64,000 nt of DNA from a virus (taxonomy: Duplodnaviria > Heunggongvirae > Uroviricota > Caudoviricetes). Location: the IMG/VR virus record IMGVR_UViG_3300008111_001118; one strand, written 5' to 3'. Position 1 is the stretch's first letter; each line of letters opens with the position of its first letter. Below, piece by piece: positions 1 to 10,156 of this stretch. The notes under the pieces were generated by a model. The model was not told the DNA's origin. It searched no databases and saw only the letters and a list, made by a program, of their open reading frames with translations. The translations under genes and the position numbers were made by a program.

Positions 1-356
1 ACACAGGAATCATCGACAGAATCGGAAGAGTAATATTTTTTCATTGCGATCACAACGGCAGAGCATTTGAGCATAGAGACTTGGACGCACGTAACGGTGT
101 GTTAGGCGATCATCAATATACTCCACACAACAATGAATTTATTCACATTCGTTATAGAACAAAGCGTGGATTCTATATTTGGGATCCGGATACAGAAAAC
201 AAATATTATATAAACGCTAATGCTGCATTTTGGAATGATCAAGACTGGCACGGCGGAGAAGAAAGCAAAGAAATTGAGTATGGAATGAGAATTGACTGTA
301 AGTTTAGCAATTCATTTCGCGAACAATTGGGTATTGATCATTTGGAGCACTATTGA
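1..356 (+). CDS. 2OG-Fe(II) oxygenase-like protein, 5'-truncated by window edge
   Basis: Frame is open from base 3 (TGIIDRIGRVIFFHCDHNG...). HxD (HCD), distal His (WHGG) and downstream Arg (GMRID). Confidence 0.6.
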   Translation, partial: TGIIDRIGRVIFFHCDHNGRAFEHRDLDARNGVLGDHQYTPHNNEFIHIRYRTKRGFYIWDPDTENKYYINANAAFWNDQDWHGGEESKEIEYGMRIDCKFSNSFREQLGIDHLEHY

Positions 357-847
357 TTTATCGAGGTAATTTTGCAAACTGGATCAATCCTACGTGGAGA
401 GAACTTGTCCTAAACACAGTAGGACAAGCAAGACCCAGAGATTGGCCTCCGGAAACTGCCGTTGAAAGTGCTGAATATTGCAAGGCTCGAGATGCAGGAT
501 ACGATTTAACAGCAACGCACTGGTGGGTATACGAAGAACACGATTTAAATATTAAAATAAGTCCGCCTTGGTGTACTGGAAAAACTGAATGGTGGATCAC
601 AAAGTTAATGCCTGGTCAATTTATGCCGATGCACACAGACCCATTTACACATTATGAAACTTGTAAACGATATTGGGTGCCATTACAAGACTATCAACCC
701 GGGCATTTGTTTGTATACGGAAATTTAGTATTAACAAAGTATTCTGCTGGCGACGTATATGAATACATTAACAGTCAAGATATTCATGGCGCCGCCAATA
801 TAGGACATATGCCAAGAGTAGTGTTGCAGGTCACTGAATATGAGTAA
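353..847 (+). CDS. 2OG-Fe(II) oxygenase-like protein
   Basis: PMHTD, DIHGAAN and PRVVLQ give the HxD...H...R jelly-roll signature. Confidence 0.7.
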   Translation: MIYRGNFANWINPTWRELVLNTVGQARPRDWPPETAVESAEYCKARDAGYDLTATHWWVYEEHDLNIKISPPWCTGKTEWWITKLMPGQFMPMHTDPFTHYETCKRYWVPLQDYQPGHLFVYGNLVLTKYSAGDVYEYINSQDIHGAANIGHMPRVVLQVTEYE

Positions 848-1988
848 AACATATTGTCCGTTGCCATGGGTACACTCGAGTTGGCAAAATGGAAATACTA
901 TACTTCCTTGTTGTGGATTTATGGACGGCGGAAGGTTCAATAAAACATCCGTATTTGAAAAATTGTATTTTGACAACGAAATGGATCAACTTCGGGCAGA
1001 TATGCTTGCTGGTAAAACTATCAAAGGTTGCGAACAATGCTATGATCAAGAAAACAACAATTTAGATAGTATGCGTACTAGAGCGTTAGACAAATACGGA
1101 ATTGTAACAACAATAGATTTACAAGATTTGCATATTATGTTTGATAATCTATGCAATTTAAAATGTAGAATGTGTGCAAGTTCAAACAGTCATTTATGGC
1201 ACGTAGAAGAAAAAGAGTTATACGGAGAGGCATTTTCTTCTAGCAAATATTTTCAAAATACATTTTATAAAGAAGTAAATTTAAAAAACATTAAAGAAAT
1301 TAATCTTACAGGCGGGGAACCACTTTATAGTCCTCATTTTATTCCTTTCTTAAAAAAATTAAAAGAAGATGCAGATACAAGCCAAATTTATATTGATTTT
1401 TTTACTAATGGAACAATACAGCCCACTGAAGAAATTCTTAGTATATTAAAAGAGTTTAAAAAAGTAACAATTACTATTAGCATAGATGCAATAGGAAAAT
1501 TAAACGACTTTATTAGAAAAAACAGTAATTTTGATGAAATAAAAAATAATTTAGATTTTTATTATAGATTATTGTCAGATAAAATTTCAGTAAATGTTTT
1601 GACTACAGTTGGAATTTACAATGCTATCTATGTCGAAGATATTAAAAACTATTTTAGTTTAAATTATCCAAAGTTTAATTGGGGTTACGATGTAATACAG
1701 TATCCAGAATATTTAAGTATAAGACACATGCCAACTAACTTAAAAGATATCTACAAAGAGTATATCAAGGAAGAACCGTTGATATCTTATATGTACGACA
1801 GTGGCAAAGATTTATTTAAACATTTTTTATATTCTCATTATAAACTTAATAAAATAAGAAATGAAGATTTTACTGAGAACAACATTTTGTTAAATTATAT
1901 TAAAAATAATAATACTGACATTTACGAAGAAGAAACCAAAAAGTATTACAAAAATATGATTAACGAAATTCGTGGATCAAGAGATTAA
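840..1988 (+). CDS. Radical SAM protein with N-terminal twitch/SPASM-like Cys domain
   Basis: CNLKCRMC, GGEP, TNGT, SIDA; N-terminal CPLPW..PCC..CEQC. Confidence 0.85.
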   Translation: MSKTYCPLPWVHSSWQNGNTILPCCGFMDGGRFNKTSVFEKLYFDNEMDQLRADMLAGKTIKGCEQCYDQENNNLDSMRTRALDKYGIVTTIDLQDLHIMFDNLCNLKCRMCASSNSHLWHVEEKELYGEAFSSSKYFQNTFYKEVNLKNIKEINLTGGEPLYSPHFIPFLKKLKEDADTSQIYIDFFTNGTIQPTEEILSILKEFKKVTITISIDAIGKLNDFIRKNSNFDEIKNNLDFYYRLLSDKISVNVLTTVGIYNAIYVEDIKNYFSLNYPKFNWGYDVIQYPEYLSIRHMPTNLKDIYKEYIKEEPLISYMYDSGKDLFKHFLYSHYKLNKIRNEDFTENNILLNYIKNNNTDIYEEETKKYYKNMINEIRGSRD

Positions 1989-2965
1989 TTTGTATATTTT
2001 TTTAAAACATATTCTGGTGTTTTTAAAAAACTAGTGTCTTTGTCAGAACACATGTCGCATTCTCCTATTTCGCAGTATTTTGTTTCATCAAAAAAATCAA
2101 TTTCGTCGTTGTTATAATTTTCTAAATTTATAGGTTTATAATTTAAATATTTTTGCCAATCTGGGTCGTTTAATAAATTATGATGATTTAAAAATCTATT
2201 TAATGTACCCAAAGAAGAACACTTGTATAATTTTTTATCAATCAAAAAACTACACATATCACTGGTGCAGCCGTTTTGATAAGATTCGGCAGGATTGTTT
2301 GTTTTAAAGGGTTTAGGAATATTATCAATTAATTGATAATTTTGTTTAAATGTGCTTTGCTCTCTGTAATGAACAAACGTTTTATTATAAAATACCTGTT
2401 CAGTATCTTCAATGTAATCATAAAAGTTTTGTCTTTTGTCTAACCACTCTTGATACAAGATATCGTTTTTTTTATTTTCTATATCGAATAGATTTTTATA
2501 AAAATCGGACACATTTCCACTGGGCAAATTCACAGCATCTGCTAAAAGTTTAAAATTTTGTTTAACTTTATTTGAAAGTGTTTTATCTTCAAATCCTGAA
2601 AAATGGTCACATACAAAAACACTAACATCAAACTGTTTTATTAACGCAACTAGTTCATTGAGTTTTTTATCAATAAGTGTTCCATTGGTTGGTAGTAAAA
2701 GTACAGCATCTGGATCTATGCTTTTTATAAATTTAAATATTTCTGTAATTCGATCTAAATACAGTAACGGTTCACCACCTGAAGTACCATAATAGATTAT
2801 ATCAAATTTTTCTTTGACTAATTTAATGCCTGTTAATATGTCATCCAATGTTGGATCATAGTTTTTTGTTTGCAACACATGGCTTCTTGCATCACAATGA
2901 TTGCAGGCTAAGTTACAATAAGCACCGCAGTAAATATCTAAAAATCTCAGGTATGGTTGACTCAT
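1985..2965 (-). CDS. Radical SAM protein
   Basis: CNLACNHC, GGEPLL, TNGTL, C-terminal CDMC. Start moved to ATG 2965 (MSQPY), 5 nt after a TAAATA box. Confidence 0.85.
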   Translation of the reverse strand: MSQPYLRFLDIYCGAYCNLACNHCDARSHVLQTKNYDPTLDDILTGIKLVKEKFDIIYYGTSGGEPLLYLDRITEIFKFIKSIDPDAVLLLPTNGTLIDKKLNELVALIKQFDVSVFVCDHFSGFEDKTLSNKVKQNFKLLADAVNLPSGNVSDFYKNLFDIENKKNDILYQEWLDKRQNFYDYIEDTEQVFYNKTFVHYREQSTFKQNYQLIDNIPKPFKTNNPAESYQNGCTSDMCSFLIDKKLYKCSSLGTLNRFLNHHNLLNDPDWQKYLNYKPINLENYNNDEIDFFDETKYCEIGECDMCSDKDTSFLKTPEYVLKKYTN

Positions 2966-2970
2966 TGTAA

Positions 2971-3020
2971 TATTTAGTAGTATCACAATTGAGTAACTAT
3001 GTTTTTGTTTGCAGTAAATA
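2971..3020. promoter_or_regulatory. Divergent late-promoter boxes (TAAATA at 2971-2976 on minus, 3015-3020 on plus)
   Basis: T4-like late consensus in the intergenic gap. The plus-strand gene also has an AGGAGA SD before ATG 3047. Confidence 0.5.
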
Positions 3021-3046
3021 TTAGAAATAATACCACAGGAGATAAA

Positions 3047-4117
3047 ATGAAAGTATCAAAAATTCCCGGTTTAGGTTCATATGGACATTATATTGACGAC
3101 TTAGACTTTGATAATATCACAGATGAAGAATGGGCAGAAATTGGAAAATTTCATTTAACTGATTTAGTAACTATTCTAAGAAACGTTAAAATTACTAAAG
3201 ATCAGTACTATAACAGAATTCGGCAATGGGGTCCTTTTATCGGTGCAACAATGTCTCGCAAGCACTTTCAAAAAAAATACGGTCAAGATTTTGATGGTAG
3301 AATTCAAGAACATTACAAAAAATTTAATGTATCATCAGAAGACGAACGTTATATTAAAATGAAACAGTTTTATATTGAACATACTGAACATGGTAATACA
3401 TTAACACGAGTTTGTGGCAAAAGAGATGAATACGGTAACCCAATGGGCAACTTTTCATCTGGCGAGTTATATTGGCACAGTAACGAATCGTCTGTAATTA
3501 ACTTTACTCCCGGAGTTGCATTGATGGGCGGAGAGTATATGGTAGGTAGTTCTACAGGATTTCTACAAACTGCTGATTATTATCAGTCAATCTCTGAAAG
3601 TTTTAGAAGCGAACTTAACGAAATGATTTTAGTTCACGCATACATTCCTGGAGGGATTAATGAACTCGAAAAAGATGATCCAAGTTTTGGAGAAAACATA
3701 AGAAAAGAATTTGCACCAGTTGACGGGGCTGAAGTACCCTTGGTAATTACAAGTCCGGGCGGAATCAAAGGACTGCATTATACACTTAATTCTGTTGTTG
3801 GAATTAAAGGTATGAGTAAATATGATAGCGATAAAGTTTTTGCAGAAATTGACCGAGAATTGTTAACTGAAAAATATATTTACGATCACATGTACTTACA
3901 AGACAATGAGATTTGTTTATTTGATAATTCGATAACATTACATAGAAGAAAGCATCCTGGAAATCCGAACAGACTTGCATTTAGATTGCAATATTATCCT
4001 GATAGTTTAATAAAACAATCGTGGCATCCATATCATCAACAGCATTTTTACAACTATCATCAAGATGAAATGCTAGAGTTGATGAATATCCTAGAGTTAG
4101 ATTTAAAATTTCCATAA
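3047..4117 (+). CDS. TauD/TfdA-family dioxygenase
   Basis: LYWHSNE, STGFLQT, LFDNSITLHRR, R-x3-R. ATG 3047 follows AGGAGA. Confidence 0.8.
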   Translation: MKVSKIPGLGSYGHYIDDLDFDNITDEEWAEIGKFHLTDLVTILRNVKITKDQYYNRIRQWGPFIGATMSRKHFQKKYGQDFDGRIQEHYKKFNVSSEDERYIKMKQFYIEHTEHGNTLTRVCGKRDEYGNPMGNFSSGELYWHSNESSVINFTPGVALMGGEYMVGSSTGFLQTADYYQSISESFRSELNEMILVHAYIPGGINELEKDDPSFGENIRKEFAPVDGAEVPLVITSPGGIKGLHYTLNSVVGIKGMSKYDSDKVFAEIDRELLTEKYIYDHMYLQDNEICLFDNSITLHRRKHPGNPNRLAFRLQYYPDSLIKQSWHPYHQQHFYNYHQDEMLELMNILELDLKFP

Positions 4118-4124
4118 TTTTAAA

Positions 4125-5267
4125 ATGTCTGATATAAAAACAAAGTTAATCAACATCGAATGGTTATTTGTTGATCAAGATCATTACGATTTGATAATGA
4201 TCGAAATTGATCAAGCAGTGCGAGAAAAATGCAACGTAATTATTTTTCTTGCACTGATGGACGGATTTGTGGCGTGGGATCCTAAATATTGGATCCCACT
4301 GATTGACAAACTCGACAATGCTTGTAAAAAATTAGGTATACAAGAGATAATTTTTATATCTGGTGCTGGAAAAACATATGAGTATGGTTTAAAACACACA
4401 CACTACTTTTATGACTGGAATATGAGTGTTGTAAAAAATGCATACAAAGATTATGATAATCAAATCAAAGATTATAATAACGATGCTGACAAGTTTTTAT
4501 TTTTAACAGGTCGTTCTGCTCGTCCAAATCGTATTGGACTAATGAGTAAATTTTACGACGAAAATATGTTAAAAAATAGCACTTGGTCATTTTTTCCTCC
4601 TTGGAACGAAATAGATAACAAATGGTGCCGAAACTATTTGTCAAAATATACAGATAAAGAATATAACGAGTTTTTAAAAAACTGTAATAGATCTTTAGAT
4701 AGCGATAACGAATACAACTCTTGTAAAAGTTTTTTAGGAGTTTACGAAGGCGACAACTGGCACGATATTGTAAAAGAACCCTACATACACAATCCGTCAT
4801 TTATAGATTTGCATCACTATAACGATGTAAAGTTAACAGTAATAAGTGAAGGGCCGATATACTGGGAATGGAGTAACGACCGGTATTATCTTACTGATAA
4901 AACTTATAGAGAATTATTAATGAAGAAGCCAGTAATTTTATCGGGCTATGTAGAACAATACAAAGAATTGAAAAATCTAGGATTTAAGACATTTGACGAG
5001 AATTTCTTAATCAAAGAGTACGGTTTAATCGAAGATGAAGAACAGCGTCTTGAAGCAATAGTACAAAATGTAAAATATTTTTTAAACAACAGCGATTATC
5101 AAAAAGTCAAACAAGACGTTGACTTTAATACAAAGTTATTGTATTATTATTTTAAAAAGCAAGATGAATTTTTAAAGTATTTAGAAACAAAGTACAATGC
5201 TAGTAAAGAAGAAATTGAGTTTTTCTTTAATCGTAAAGGTCTTGAGCACCTAATAAGAAAACCCTAA
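4125..5267 (+). CDS. Hypothetical protein, possibly glycosyltransferase-like
   Basis: 380 aa. RPNRIGL and TDKTYR..KKPVIL..LGFKTF resemble GT-B-like C-terminal segments common in large phages. Confidence 0.4.
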   Translation: MSDIKTKLINIEWLFVDQDHYDLIMIEIDQAVREKCNVIIFLALMDGFVAWDPKYWIPLIDKLDNACKKLGIQEIIFISGAGKTYEYGLKHTHYFYDWNMSVVKNAYKDYDNQIKDYNNDADKFLFLTGRSARPNRIGLMSKFYDENMLKNSTWSFFPPWNEIDNKWCRNYLSKYTDKEYNEFLKNCNRSLDSDNEYNSCKSFLGVYEGDNWHDIVKEPYIHNPSFIDLHHYNDVKLTVISEGPIYWEWSNDRYYLTDKTYRELLMKKPVILSGYVEQYKELKNLGFKTFDENFLIKEYGLIEDEEQRLEAIVQNVKYFLNNSDYQKVKQDVDFNTKLLYYYFKKQDEFLKYLETKYNASKEEIEFFFNRKGLEHLIRKP

Positions 5268-6364
5268 TGTTTTATCAAAAAATTACTCAACTCGAACTTG
5301 AACTTACAACAAGATGCAACGCATCTTGTCCTCAGTGTGTACGTAATTTTTACGGTGGAAAAACATGGCCAACATTGCCCATGGTCGACATTGACTTGGA
5401 ATTAATTAAAACAAAAATACCAGATTCAATTTTAAAAGACTTGATAGAAATTCGTATTTGCGGAACTTATGGTGATCCCTGTATCTATCAAGATTTGATA
5501 GAGTTAGTCAAATATTTAAATTCAAAAACTTCTGCACAACTTACTATTAATACAAACGGTAGTTTACGTACAACAAAATGGTGGAAAGATCTTGCTAACG
5601 TTTTAAAAAAAGATGATAGAGTTATTTTCGGAATAGATGGTTTAGATGACACAAACCATTTGTATAGAGTTAACACAAACTTTAAAAAAATAATCAATAA
5701 TGCAAAAGCATTTATATCTGCTGGCGGATCAGCAATATGGAGTTACATTGTTTTTAAACACAACGAACATCAAGTAGATGCTGCAAGACAATTAAGCAAC
5801 AAACTCGGATTTGATGGGTTTTCTTGTAAGTTGACAACTAGATTTATCGATAAACAACATAATCTAGTTGATAAAACTCCAGTGTTTGACAAAAATAATA
5901 ATCTTAATAGATATTTAGAAATGCCTGATGAAAAGAAATATCTAAACAATGGCTATAATAACTACGAAAAAATTATAAAAGAGTTCGGATCTTATGAAAA
6001 CTATTTGCAAAAATCTAAAATATTTTGTACTGCACAACACAGTAATTTAATTTATATTTCAGCCGAAGGGTACGTTTTGCCTTGCGGATGGCTTGCTGAT
6101 AGATTTTATGGGTTTGAAACCGAAAAGCACAAAGATAGAAAAAAATTATTTGAGTTGATTGACCTAAACGGCGGTCTAAACACTATTAGTTTGCATCATT
6201 TTTCATTGGACGAAATTGCAAACAGTAAAGTGTTTCACGCTATACAACAAAACTGGATTAGCGAAAATAGAATAGAGCGTTGTGCAAATCAATGTAGTAA
6301 ATACGGTATGCTTAAACAAAATGCTACAAAAGAATTACAACCTTATGTAAAAGGAAATGTATAA
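5267..6364 (+). CDS. Radical SAM protein with C-terminal twitch/SPASM-like domain
   Basis: CNASCPQC, GTYGDP, NTNGS, FGIDGL..TNHLYR, C-terminal C..PCG..CANQC. Confidence 0.85.
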   Translation: MFYQKITQLELELTTRCNASCPQCVRNFYGGKTWPTLPMVDIDLELIKTKIPDSILKDLIEIRICGTYGDPCIYQDLIELVKYLNSKTSAQLTINTNGSLRTTKWWKDLANVLKKDDRVIFGIDGLDDTNHLYRVNTNFKKIINNAKAFISAGGSAIWSYIVFKHNEHQVDAARQLSNKLGFDGFSCKLTTRFIDKQHNLVDKTPVFDKNNNLNRYLEMPDEKKYLNNGYNNYEKIIKEFGSYENYLQKSKIFCTAQHSNLIYISAEGYVLPCGWLADRFYGFETEKHKDRKKLFELIDLNGGLNTISLHHFSLDEIANSKVFHAIQQNWISENRIERCANQCSKYGMLKQNATKELQPYVKGNV

Positions 6365-7270
6365 ATGCACAATATTTTTAAAAATTCTTATGCTATACAA
6401 GATCCTGAAATAGTAGACTTTATAAAACACATTGATTTTTCAGAAGCATTATGGGATAATAGTGTTACTAAAAATTTTTGTAATGCTTACAAAAATTGGA
6501 TTTTAAGTTCTGCCGACAATAATTTTATAGGTTTAAATAACTTCACATATGCAATTTATAGCAACGGTGCGTCTCAAGCGTTTGATATGTTTTATATTAA
6601 AAATAAAAATAGACGTTTTAGATGTTTTAAGGGCGAATATGTTTATCACAAACTAGCCTGGAGAAATAATTGGAACGACTGGACATTTATAGAGGATTCA
6701 CCTTTAGAATTTAATGATGCAGTAGTAATTAGTTTACCGTTTAGTGACACCGGAAACAAGCATGTTGAGATGGACAGTGTTTTAGAGATATGCGATCGAT
6801 TACAGATTCCAGTGTTAATTGATTGTATATATTTTGGAATTTGTAATAATATAAATTTTGATTTATCTTTTAATTGTATTACTGATGTTGTTTTTAGTTT
6901 AAGTAAAACATTTCCTGTTGCAAATGCAAGAATTGGAATAAGATTTACAAAAACAGATGACGACGACCTTATGTTTGTATATGATAAGATGAATTACAAT
7001 AACAGACTTGGTTCTCACTTAGGATTAAATCTTTTACAAAACTTTTCACCAGATTTTGTATACAATAAATATAAAAGTAAACAACTCGAGTGTTGTAGTG
7101 TTTTAAATATTACGCCAAGTAATACAGTTTTATTTGGCGTAGACAACTTTAAAAAATACAATCAATATAACAGAGGCACTAATACCAATAGACTAAGTCT
7201 TCAAGACTTGCTAATTTTAAACAATTTACAAATGAAAGAGATATTATATGCCAATTCAAACAAACAATGA
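6365..7270 (+). CDS. Fold-type I PLP-dependent enzyme (aminotransferase-like, short)
   Basis: PVLIDCIY (PLP Asp), FSLSK (Schiff-base Lys), ARIG. Confidence 0.65.
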   Translation: MHNIFKNSYAIQDPEIVDFIKHIDFSEALWDNSVTKNFCNAYKNWILSSADNNFIGLNNFTYAIYSNGASQAFDMFYIKNKNRRFRCFKGEYVYHKLAWRNNWNDWTFIEDSPLEFNDAVVISLPFSDTGNKHVEMDSVLEICDRLQIPVLIDCIYFGICNNINFDLSFNCITDVVFSLSKTFPVANARIGIRFTKTDDDDLMFVYDKMNYNNRLGSHLGLNLLQNFSPDFVYNKYKSKQLECCSVLNITPSNTVLFGVDNFKKYNQYNRGTNTNRLSLQDLLILNNLQMKEILYANSNKQ

Positions 7271-8309
7271 TTGGGATCCTTTAGAAGAGATTGTAGTTGG
7301 TATAGCCGATCATGCAATGCTTCCAACTCTTGATAAAAGTACTCATAGTTTTTCTTATGCAGCAAACACATATGACGAAATTAAACATCTTAACGGAATT
7401 TTACACAATCAACAAGTCATTGACGAAGCAAATGAAGACTTAGATGGATTGTCAGATACTTTAAAAAGTTTAGGTGTTAATGTATTAAGACCTGATGTAA
7501 TTGATCATAGACAAAAATTTAGTACGCCCGATTGGGAAACTACAGGGTGGCATACTTATTGTCCCAGAGACTTGTTGTTACCTTTGGACAACATGATTAT
7601 CGAGTGTCCTAGTCCTATGCGGTCTCGATACTTTGAAACTCGTGCATATTACAATCATTTATATAAATGGATGAAGGAAGGTTCGCAATGGATCTGTGCT
7701 CCAAAGCCGATACTATTAGATGAAAGTTATCAACTAGATGATATAAAAGAAGCAACCTTACTAAATCACGAAATTGTATTTGATGCACCAAATATCGTTA
7801 GATTAGGAAGAGATTTACTTTGCCAAGTAAGCAACAGTGGAAATCAACTTGGGTTTGAATGGCTAAAAACTATTCTCGAACCAAAAGGATACAGATTTCA
7901 TATTGCAGAAAAGTATTATAGTTTTTCGCATTTTGACAGCACAGTAATTCCTCTTCGTCCTGGATTGGTTTTGTTCAACGGTGACAGATTAAATGAAGAC
8001 TGGTACCCGCCTATTTTTAAAAGTTGGGATAAGATTTTTTGGCCTGGCGAAAAAATTGGTAAAATACCTACAAATTTATCAAACGGTATCTCACCGTGCT
8101 CACCTTATATTGGACTAAACTTGTTAAGTGTAAATCCTGAACTCATTATTGTAGATGAAAATCAACAAGAACTGATGAAAGAATTAGACAAAACATGGGG
8201 AATTGAAAGTATTGGTTTGCCAATGAGACAAGCAAGAACATTAAGCGGTGGCTTTCATTGTGTTACATTAGATACAAAACGTAAAGGAACACTAGAGGAC
8301 TATTTTTAA
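7248..8309 (+). CDS. Amidinotransferase (AGAT/StrB1 family)
   Basis: DWDPLEEIVVG, YCPRD, FDAPN, HFDST, LSGGFHCVTLD; Asp-His-Cys triad intact. Confidence 0.9.
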   Translation: MPIQTNNDWDPLEEIVVGIADHAMLPTLDKSTHSFSYAANTYDEIKHLNGILHNQQVIDEANEDLDGLSDTLKSLGVNVLRPDVIDHRQKFSTPDWETTGWHTYCPRDLLLPLDNMIIECPSPMRSRYFETRAYYNHLYKWMKEGSQWICAPKPILLDESYQLDDIKEATLLNHEIVFDAPNIVRLGRDLLCQVSNSGNQLGFEWLKTILEPKGYRFHIAEKYYSFSHFDSTVIPLRPGLVLFNGDRLNEDWYPPIFKSWDKIFWPGEKIGKIPTNLSNGISPCSPYIGLNLLSVNPELIIVDENQQELMKELDKTWGIESIGLPMRQARTLSGGFHCVTLDTKRKGTLEDYF

Positions 8310-10156
8310 TGAAAAGTGTGTATTTGTTTCAAGTAAATTATCAAATGGGTTACGGAAACTTTTCTAGTCAAAGTTTACCATATAGTATTGCTGCGGTCTG
8401 GTCATATGCAGAACAGTTTGATATAGTAAAACAAAACTTTGATGTAAAGGATTGTTTTTTTAAACGTGAACCTGTTGATTTGGTTATCACTAAAATACAT
8501 GATCCAGAAATTTGTCTCTTTAGTAACTATATTTGGAACGAACAATACAATTTTCAATTGGCAAAAAAAATAAAAGATAAATGGCCAAACTGTTTAATTG
8601 TGTTTGGCGGCCCGCAGGTTGGCGAAAAAGCAGGACACAAACTTTTACAAAAAAAGTTTATAGATAGTATTATAATTAACGAAGGCGAAAAGTCTTTGTA
8701 TTCGTTATTAACTGACTACATTACTACTGGAATAGTTAAAGAAACATATCAATTGCATCAACGTGTTGATGTTGAAGAAATGCCAAGTCCTTATATAAAC
8801 AGCAACATTTTAAACAAGTTAGTCCAAGAAAATAAAAATGTAAAATTTTCAACAACCATAGAAACAAATAGAGGCTGTCCTTTTGCTTGTACATTCTGTG
8901 ACTGGGGTAGTCTAACTCAAAGTAAAATTAAAAAATTTAATTTAGAAAAAGTATTTGCTGAGTTAGATTGGGTTGCAAAAAATAAAATAGAATACATTTA
9001 TATTGCTGATGCTAACTTTGGTGTTTTTTATGAACGTGACAAACTTATTGTAGAATATCTAGCCAAGTTAAAAACAGAAACAGGCTATCCTCACGGAGTT
9101 ACTGCTACTTGGTATAAAAACAGTGCTGAAAAAACTATTGAATTAGTTAAAATACTGCACAGTGTAGGACTTAATAGAGGTCTTACATTAAGTGTTCAAA
9201 GTATGAATGACGATACGTTAACAAACATTAAACGTAAAAATATGGAAATATCTCAGTTATCACAGATGTACAAAGAATGTGACAAACAAGGTGTGACATA
9301 TTATACAGAGTTTATTTTGGGTATGCCATACGAAACTAAACAAAGTTGGAGAGAAGGTCTTTGCGAAGCCATACAAGCAGGATGTCATTATTTCTTAGAT
9401 GTGTTTCCCTTAGAAATACTTAAAAACAGTGAGATGGCCACTGAAGTACTTGATCACGAAATGGCAGTGGAAACATATTACACAGTGTTTAATGGTCAGT
9501 TGACTAACATTCCAGAAATTCACAACTACGTAATTGCAACAAAATACATGAACAAATCGGATTACATTGATTCTTGGTTGTGGTATTGGTTAATAATGAA
9601 CTTTCATAATTATAACTGGACGCAAGTATTGGCTAAATTTGCAAACAAACATCTTGGTATTGATTATATTGACTTTTATGAAAACTTTTTTAATAATTGT
9701 ATTTTAAAAGAAGATTTTTTTCTATCACTGTATAATAAACAAAAAACCGATTTAGAAGAATTCTTTTGGAATAAAAAAATTACAGACGTTTTTGTTAATG
9801 ACAATGTTACAGTTAATTACACTCAAATTGAATGGCATAAAAATAGAAACACGGTTCAAACTAAAATTGAACAGTGGGCTAAAAAATACTTTTCTACAGT
9901 TGACAACAATTTGTTAAACGACCTACTCAATTTTAATAAATCATACACAACAGACATTTCACGAAAACATGCTATAAGTGGTGAGTTTAATTATAATTTA
10001 AACGAGTTTTGTAATTTTAACGACAAGTTAATACAAAATAAAACAACATATAGATTTGATATATCTATACCTTGGGACACAGATATAGACTTTAAAGAAA
10101 AATTGTTCTATAAAAACAGAAGTGGTTTTAGTGTAGCAAAAATAACAAAGTTATGA
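8309..10156 (+). CDS. Cobalamin-binding radical SAM protein (class B methylase-like)
   Basis: N-terminal B12-binding Rossmann (LFSNYIWN, VFGGPQ, INEGE), ETNRGCPFACTFCDWG. Confidence 0.85.
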   Translation: MKSVYLFQVNYQMGYGNFSSQSLPYSIAAVWSYAEQFDIVKQNFDVKDCFFKREPVDLVITKIHDPEICLFSNYIWNEQYNFQLAKKIKDKWPNCLIVFGGPQVGEKAGHKLLQKKFIDSIIINEGEKSLYSLLTDYITTGIVKETYQLHQRVDVEEMPSPYINSNILNKLVQENKNVKFSTTIETNRGCPFACTFCDWGSLTQSKIKKFNLEKVFAELDWVAKNKIEYIYIADANFGVFYERDKLIVEYLAKLKTETGYPHGVTATWYKNSAEKTIELVKILHSVGLNRGLTLSVQSMNDDTLTNIKRKNMEISQLSQMYKECDKQGVTYYTEFILGMPYETKQSWREGLCEAIQAGCHYFLDVFPLEILKNSEMATEVLDHEMAVETYYTVFNGQLTNIPEIHNYVIATKYMNKSDYIDSWLWYWLIMNFHNYNWTQVLAKFANKHLGIDYIDFYENFFNNCILKEDFFLSLYNKQKTDLEEFFWNKKITDVFVNDNVTVNYTQIEWHKNRNTVQTKIEQWAKKYFSTVDNNLLNDLLNFNKSYTTDISRKHAISGEFNYNLNEFCNFNDKLIQNKTTYRFDISIPWDTDIDFKEKLFYKNRSGFSVAKITKL

